Source: Squalus acanthias
Taxonomy: Eukaryota
Length of the DNA: 64,000 bases
NCBI GenBank assembly: GCA_030390025.1
Contig: JASTWF010000332.1
Coordinates: forward strand, 434,001 to 498,000
Direction: 5' to 3'
Of the stretch, positions 60,462 through 64,000 are shown in pieces. The translations under genes and the position numbers were made by a program. Numbering within the stretch: the stretch's first letter is position 1; each line of letters begins with the position of its first letter. The notes beneath the pieces are model-generated. The model made no database searches, was not told the DNA's origin, and saw only the letters and a program-made list of their open reading frames with translations.

Positions 60462-60612
60462 ACTGTTGAACTATAACCTGGTGTTGTGCGACTTCTCACT
60501 TGTGTTGGACTGGGGTGGACAAAAGTGAGAAGTCGCACAACACCAGGTTATAGTTCAACAGTTTTATTTGAAAGCACAAGCTTTCGGAGCTGCTGCTCCT
60601 TCGTCAGGTGGG
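60462..60612 (-). mobile_element. Penelope-end fragment with 40-bp hairpin and hammerhead core
   Basis: Arms 60462-60501 and 60523-60562; minus-strand CTGACGA...GAAAGCTT. Confidence 0.75.
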
Positions 60613-60619
60613 AGCAGCA

Positions 60620-61590
60620 GGAGCGATTATAATCAGGGATGCTCAAGAGGGCAGAATTAGCAGAGTGCAGATATCTCGGGGGTGGGGGGGGGGGGGTGGC
60701 GGCGGTTGTGGGGCTGAAGGAGATTACAGAGAAAGGGAGGGGCGAGGCCATGGAGGGATTTGAAAGCAAGGATGAGAATTTTGAAATTGAGGCGTTGCTT
60801 AACCGGGAGCCAGTGTAGGTCAGCGAGCACAGGGGTGATGGGTGAACGGGACTTGGTGCGAGTTAGGACATGGGCAGCCGAGTTTTGGATGACCTCAGGT
60901 TTATGTAGGGTAGAACGTGGGAGGCCAGCCAGGAGTGCGTTGGAATAGTCAAGTCTAGAGGTAACAAAGGCATGGATGAGGGTTTCCGCAGTGGATGAGC
61001 TGAGGCAAGGGCAGAGACGGGCGATGTTACGGAGATGGAAATAGATGGTCTTAGTTATGCCGTGGATGTGTGGTCGGTAGCTCATTTCAGGGTCAAATAT
61101 GTCACCAAGCTTGCGAACAGTGTGGTTCAGCCTCAGACAGATGTTAGGGAGAGGGATGTAGTCTGTGGCTAGGGAACGGAGTTTGTGGCAGGGACTGAAA
61201 TCAATAGCTTCGGTCTTCCCAATATTTAATTGGAGAAAATTTCTGCTCATCCAGAACTGTATGTCGGACAAGCAGTCTGACAATTTAGAGACCGTGGAGG
61301 GGTCGAGAGAAGTGGTGGTGAGGTAGAGCTGGATGTCGTCAGCGTACATGTGGAAACTGACGCTGTGTTTTCAGATGATGTCGCCAAGGGGCAGCATGTA
61401 GATGAGAAATAGGAGGGGGCCAAGGATAGATCCTTGGGGGACACCAGAGGTAACGATGCGGGAGCGGGAAGAGAAGCCATTGCAGGTGATTCTCTGGCTA
61501 CGATTAGATAAATAAGAATTGAACCAGGCGAGTGCAGTCCCTCCCAGCTGGACGACGGTGGAGAGGCGTTGGAGAAGGATGGAGTGGTCG
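60620..61590 (-). mobile_element. L2-type LINE RT fragment
   Basis: [40 protein letters not shown]. Confidence 0.92.
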
Positions 61591-61634
61591 TGGGTTTGGG
61601 AGGTGCTGTCGAAGAAGCCTTGGAGAGTTCCTGC

Positions 61635-62872
61635 AGTGAAGTTCAACACAGATAAATGTGAGGTATTACATTTTGGTAGGAAGAATAGGGAGGTCACTTA
61701 TCACTTGGAGGGTGCGAGTCTAGGTGGGGTAGAGGAACAAAGGGACCTTGGAATACAAATACACAAATCATTAAAAGTTGCGACACAGGTTAGCAAGGCC
61801 ATAAAAGCAAACCAAGCACTAGGGTTTATTTTTAGAGATATGGGGGGAAAAATTCAGTTGGTTGCGCCTCCTGTTAGCGACTTAAGAGGGCGCGAATGGG
61901 GCGCAAAGCAACTGGCGCCCGGGCGCGACGATGTTTGCACCGCTCGCAAAATTAACTAGGCATTTTGCGGTGGCGCTAAACACTACCGCCACGATCTCCT
62001 GCGCCGGTAGATCGTGACGTCAGGCGAGTGTGCAACGCCCCGGTAGTGCCCCGGTGCGGATATTGAGTGGCGCCCCCTGCCTTACCGCCTGCCGCTAGCA
62101 ACGACAGGTTGAGGGGAGCGTTTTGCAGTCAGGAAGGGACTGGGGGAGCGCTGTTTAAAGGCGACTGCTTCCTGCCTTTTTTTGTTGGCGACATTTTTGA
62201 ACCACGCATTCTGAGAGAGAAAGAGAGAGACTTCTAGAGAGATTCAACGCTGTGTGAAGGAGTTATGGGTACTGAGCAGCACTTTGCAGGTTCATTTTGA
62301 TTTGCCCTTCCTTGTATCGATTTAGAAGAGACTTTGGGGGCTGCACTCTGAGCTCTTTCCCTGGTTCTCTCCATTGTTCTTTCCAGCAGATTTGATGTAC
62401 AGGTCTCTCCAGGCCGAGATTCAAGGCTGCAATGAGAAGGATGTGGATGGAAAGCAAGATCAAGAACTGGCCGGCGCCATTGTGTCTGTGTTCCATTGCT
62501 GACTGACATCACATGAGCTTCGCCAGCGCTCTGAGTTAGCGCCTCACTCCTCGTCCTTTACGTCTCAAGACAGATGTGTAGCGCCTGATTTAGCGCTCCA
62601 ATCACCTCCAGGGACGATAAAAGTCAAGTTTGCAGTCGGAGGCGATAATTAGCGCCCCAAATGGGGCGATACTGAATTTCTCCCCCATAGAATTGAAAAG
62701 TAGGGAAGTTACACTAAACCTGTATCGAATCTTGGTTAGACCACACTCAGAGTACTGTGTACAGTTATGGTCGCCATATTACAAAAAGGATATAGAGGCA
62801 CTGGAGAGGGTGCAGAGAAGATTTACAAGGATGATACCAGAAATGCGAGGGTATACATATCAGGAAAGGATG
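61635..62872 (+). mobile_element. CR1 fragment interrupted by a MITE
   Basis: [15 protein letters not shown]...LGFI continues after 62687 as IELKSREV..LVRPH.EYCVQ.W. Confidence 0.85.
61841..62687. mobile_element. MITE nested in CR1
   Basis: TGGGGGGAAAAATTCAG / CTGAATTTCTCCCCCA with TA on both sides; the CR1 frame resumes across it. Confidence 0.8.
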
Positions 62873-62874
62873 TA

Positions 62875-63372
62875 ATCTTGTAGATGGTACACACTGCAGT
62901 CACGGTGCGCCGGTGGTGGATGGGGTGCCAATCAAGAGGGCTGCTTTGTCCTGGATGGTGTCGAGCTTCTTGAGTGTTGTTGGAGCTGCATTCATCCAGG
63001 CAAGTGGAGAGTATTTCATCACACTCCTGACTTGTGCCTTGTAGATGGTGGAAAGGCTTTGGGGAGTCAGGATGTGAGACACTCGCCGCAGAATACCCAG
63101 CCTCTGACCTGCTCTTGTGGCCACAGTATTTATGTGGTTGGTCCAGTTAAGTTTCTGGTCAATGGTGACCCCCAGGATGTTGATGGTGGGGGATTTGGTG
63201 ATGGTAATGACATTGAATGTCAAGGGGAGGTGGTTAGACTCTCTTGTTGGAAATGGTCATTACCTGGCACTTGTGTGGCGCGAATGCTAATTGCCACTTA
63301 TTAGCCAAGCCTGAATGTTGTCGAAGTCTTGCTGCATGCAGGCACAGACTGCTTCGTTATCTGAGGAGTTGT
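62875..63372 (-). mobile_element. CR1-group LINE RT fragment
   Basis: ILGVTIDQKLNW..H...A.QRLG.L, YKAQVRSVM.YS. Confidence 0.88.
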
Positions 63373-64000
63373 AGGTTACTATGTCACATTGGCTGGATCT
63401 AGGGATTTTGGTATTGGTGGGGTTGGCATCAGTAAACACTCTGATGGAAAAGTACACGTTACTATTGACTATTCAGCATGTAGTGATTTAGCTTCATATT
63501 CTGAGACAAAATATACAAATGGGCACCAAAAATGACCTTGAACCTTTTCTTTTTATACAGTGTCAATACGCTCCCTTATATTGATATTGGAAGCACGTGT
63601 CATCAGCGTGAGTCACTCTCCCTCCCCAAATTAAATATCCTCTTTAGATTATTATAGCGTGTTTTTTAACATTCAGCAGCACACGTGTAGCTCTAAACAT
63701 CTGTTGCTCGTTGATGGATAAGAAGACCAATTACTGCCGACATTTGTGCAGATGCTATCCACAGCAAAGTGCAGACTTGCACGTAGCGACTCTAATCTGT
63801 TACAGTTTATTCCCTTACCTTTATTCAATTTCTCCTTTTGATTTTTAGAAGAACATTTATTCTTCTGTTTCTCCCCAAGGCACATTGAGTTCACGCAGAA
63901 TTTTTTAGTTTGTGCGTGGCTCATTTAAAATAAAACAAAATGCAATGTGATGTGCAGAAATCAATCTTTCCTTTGGAATGAGAAAATAGATTTTAAATGA

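Overview
Vertebrate nuclear DNA, very probably from a cartilaginous fish (shark-type CR1 LINEs, Deu-domain tRNA SINEs, Penelope ends, Harbinger-type MITEs). The backbone is a + strand spliced gene that the ORF track largely misses. About 16-20 short GT-AG exons between 3354 and ~56350 splice in frame. They encode the C-lobe of an eIF2-alpha kinase, a HisRS-like domain, an anticodon-binding-like domain and a C-terminal domain, i.e. the GCN2/EIF2AK4 architecture with matching exon phases. The protein looks far too diverged to be the ordinary vertebrate orthologue, and the tRNA-sensing motif-2 Arg appears to be Leu. The 5' part of the gene lies upstream of the window. The introns hold a near full-length CR1 and an inverted second CR1, a young intact 4.4-kb Gypsy LTR element inside a 23-bp GC-rich minisatellite, a decayed two-gene Harbinger, many MITEs, and short palindromic Penelope-end insertions with minimal hammerhead ribozyme cores. 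The Gypsy element has no tRNA PBS but an 11-nt self-complementary primer site, and a YLDN RT motif. Comparisons to human GCN2 were made by eye from recalled sequence, not by a computed alignment.
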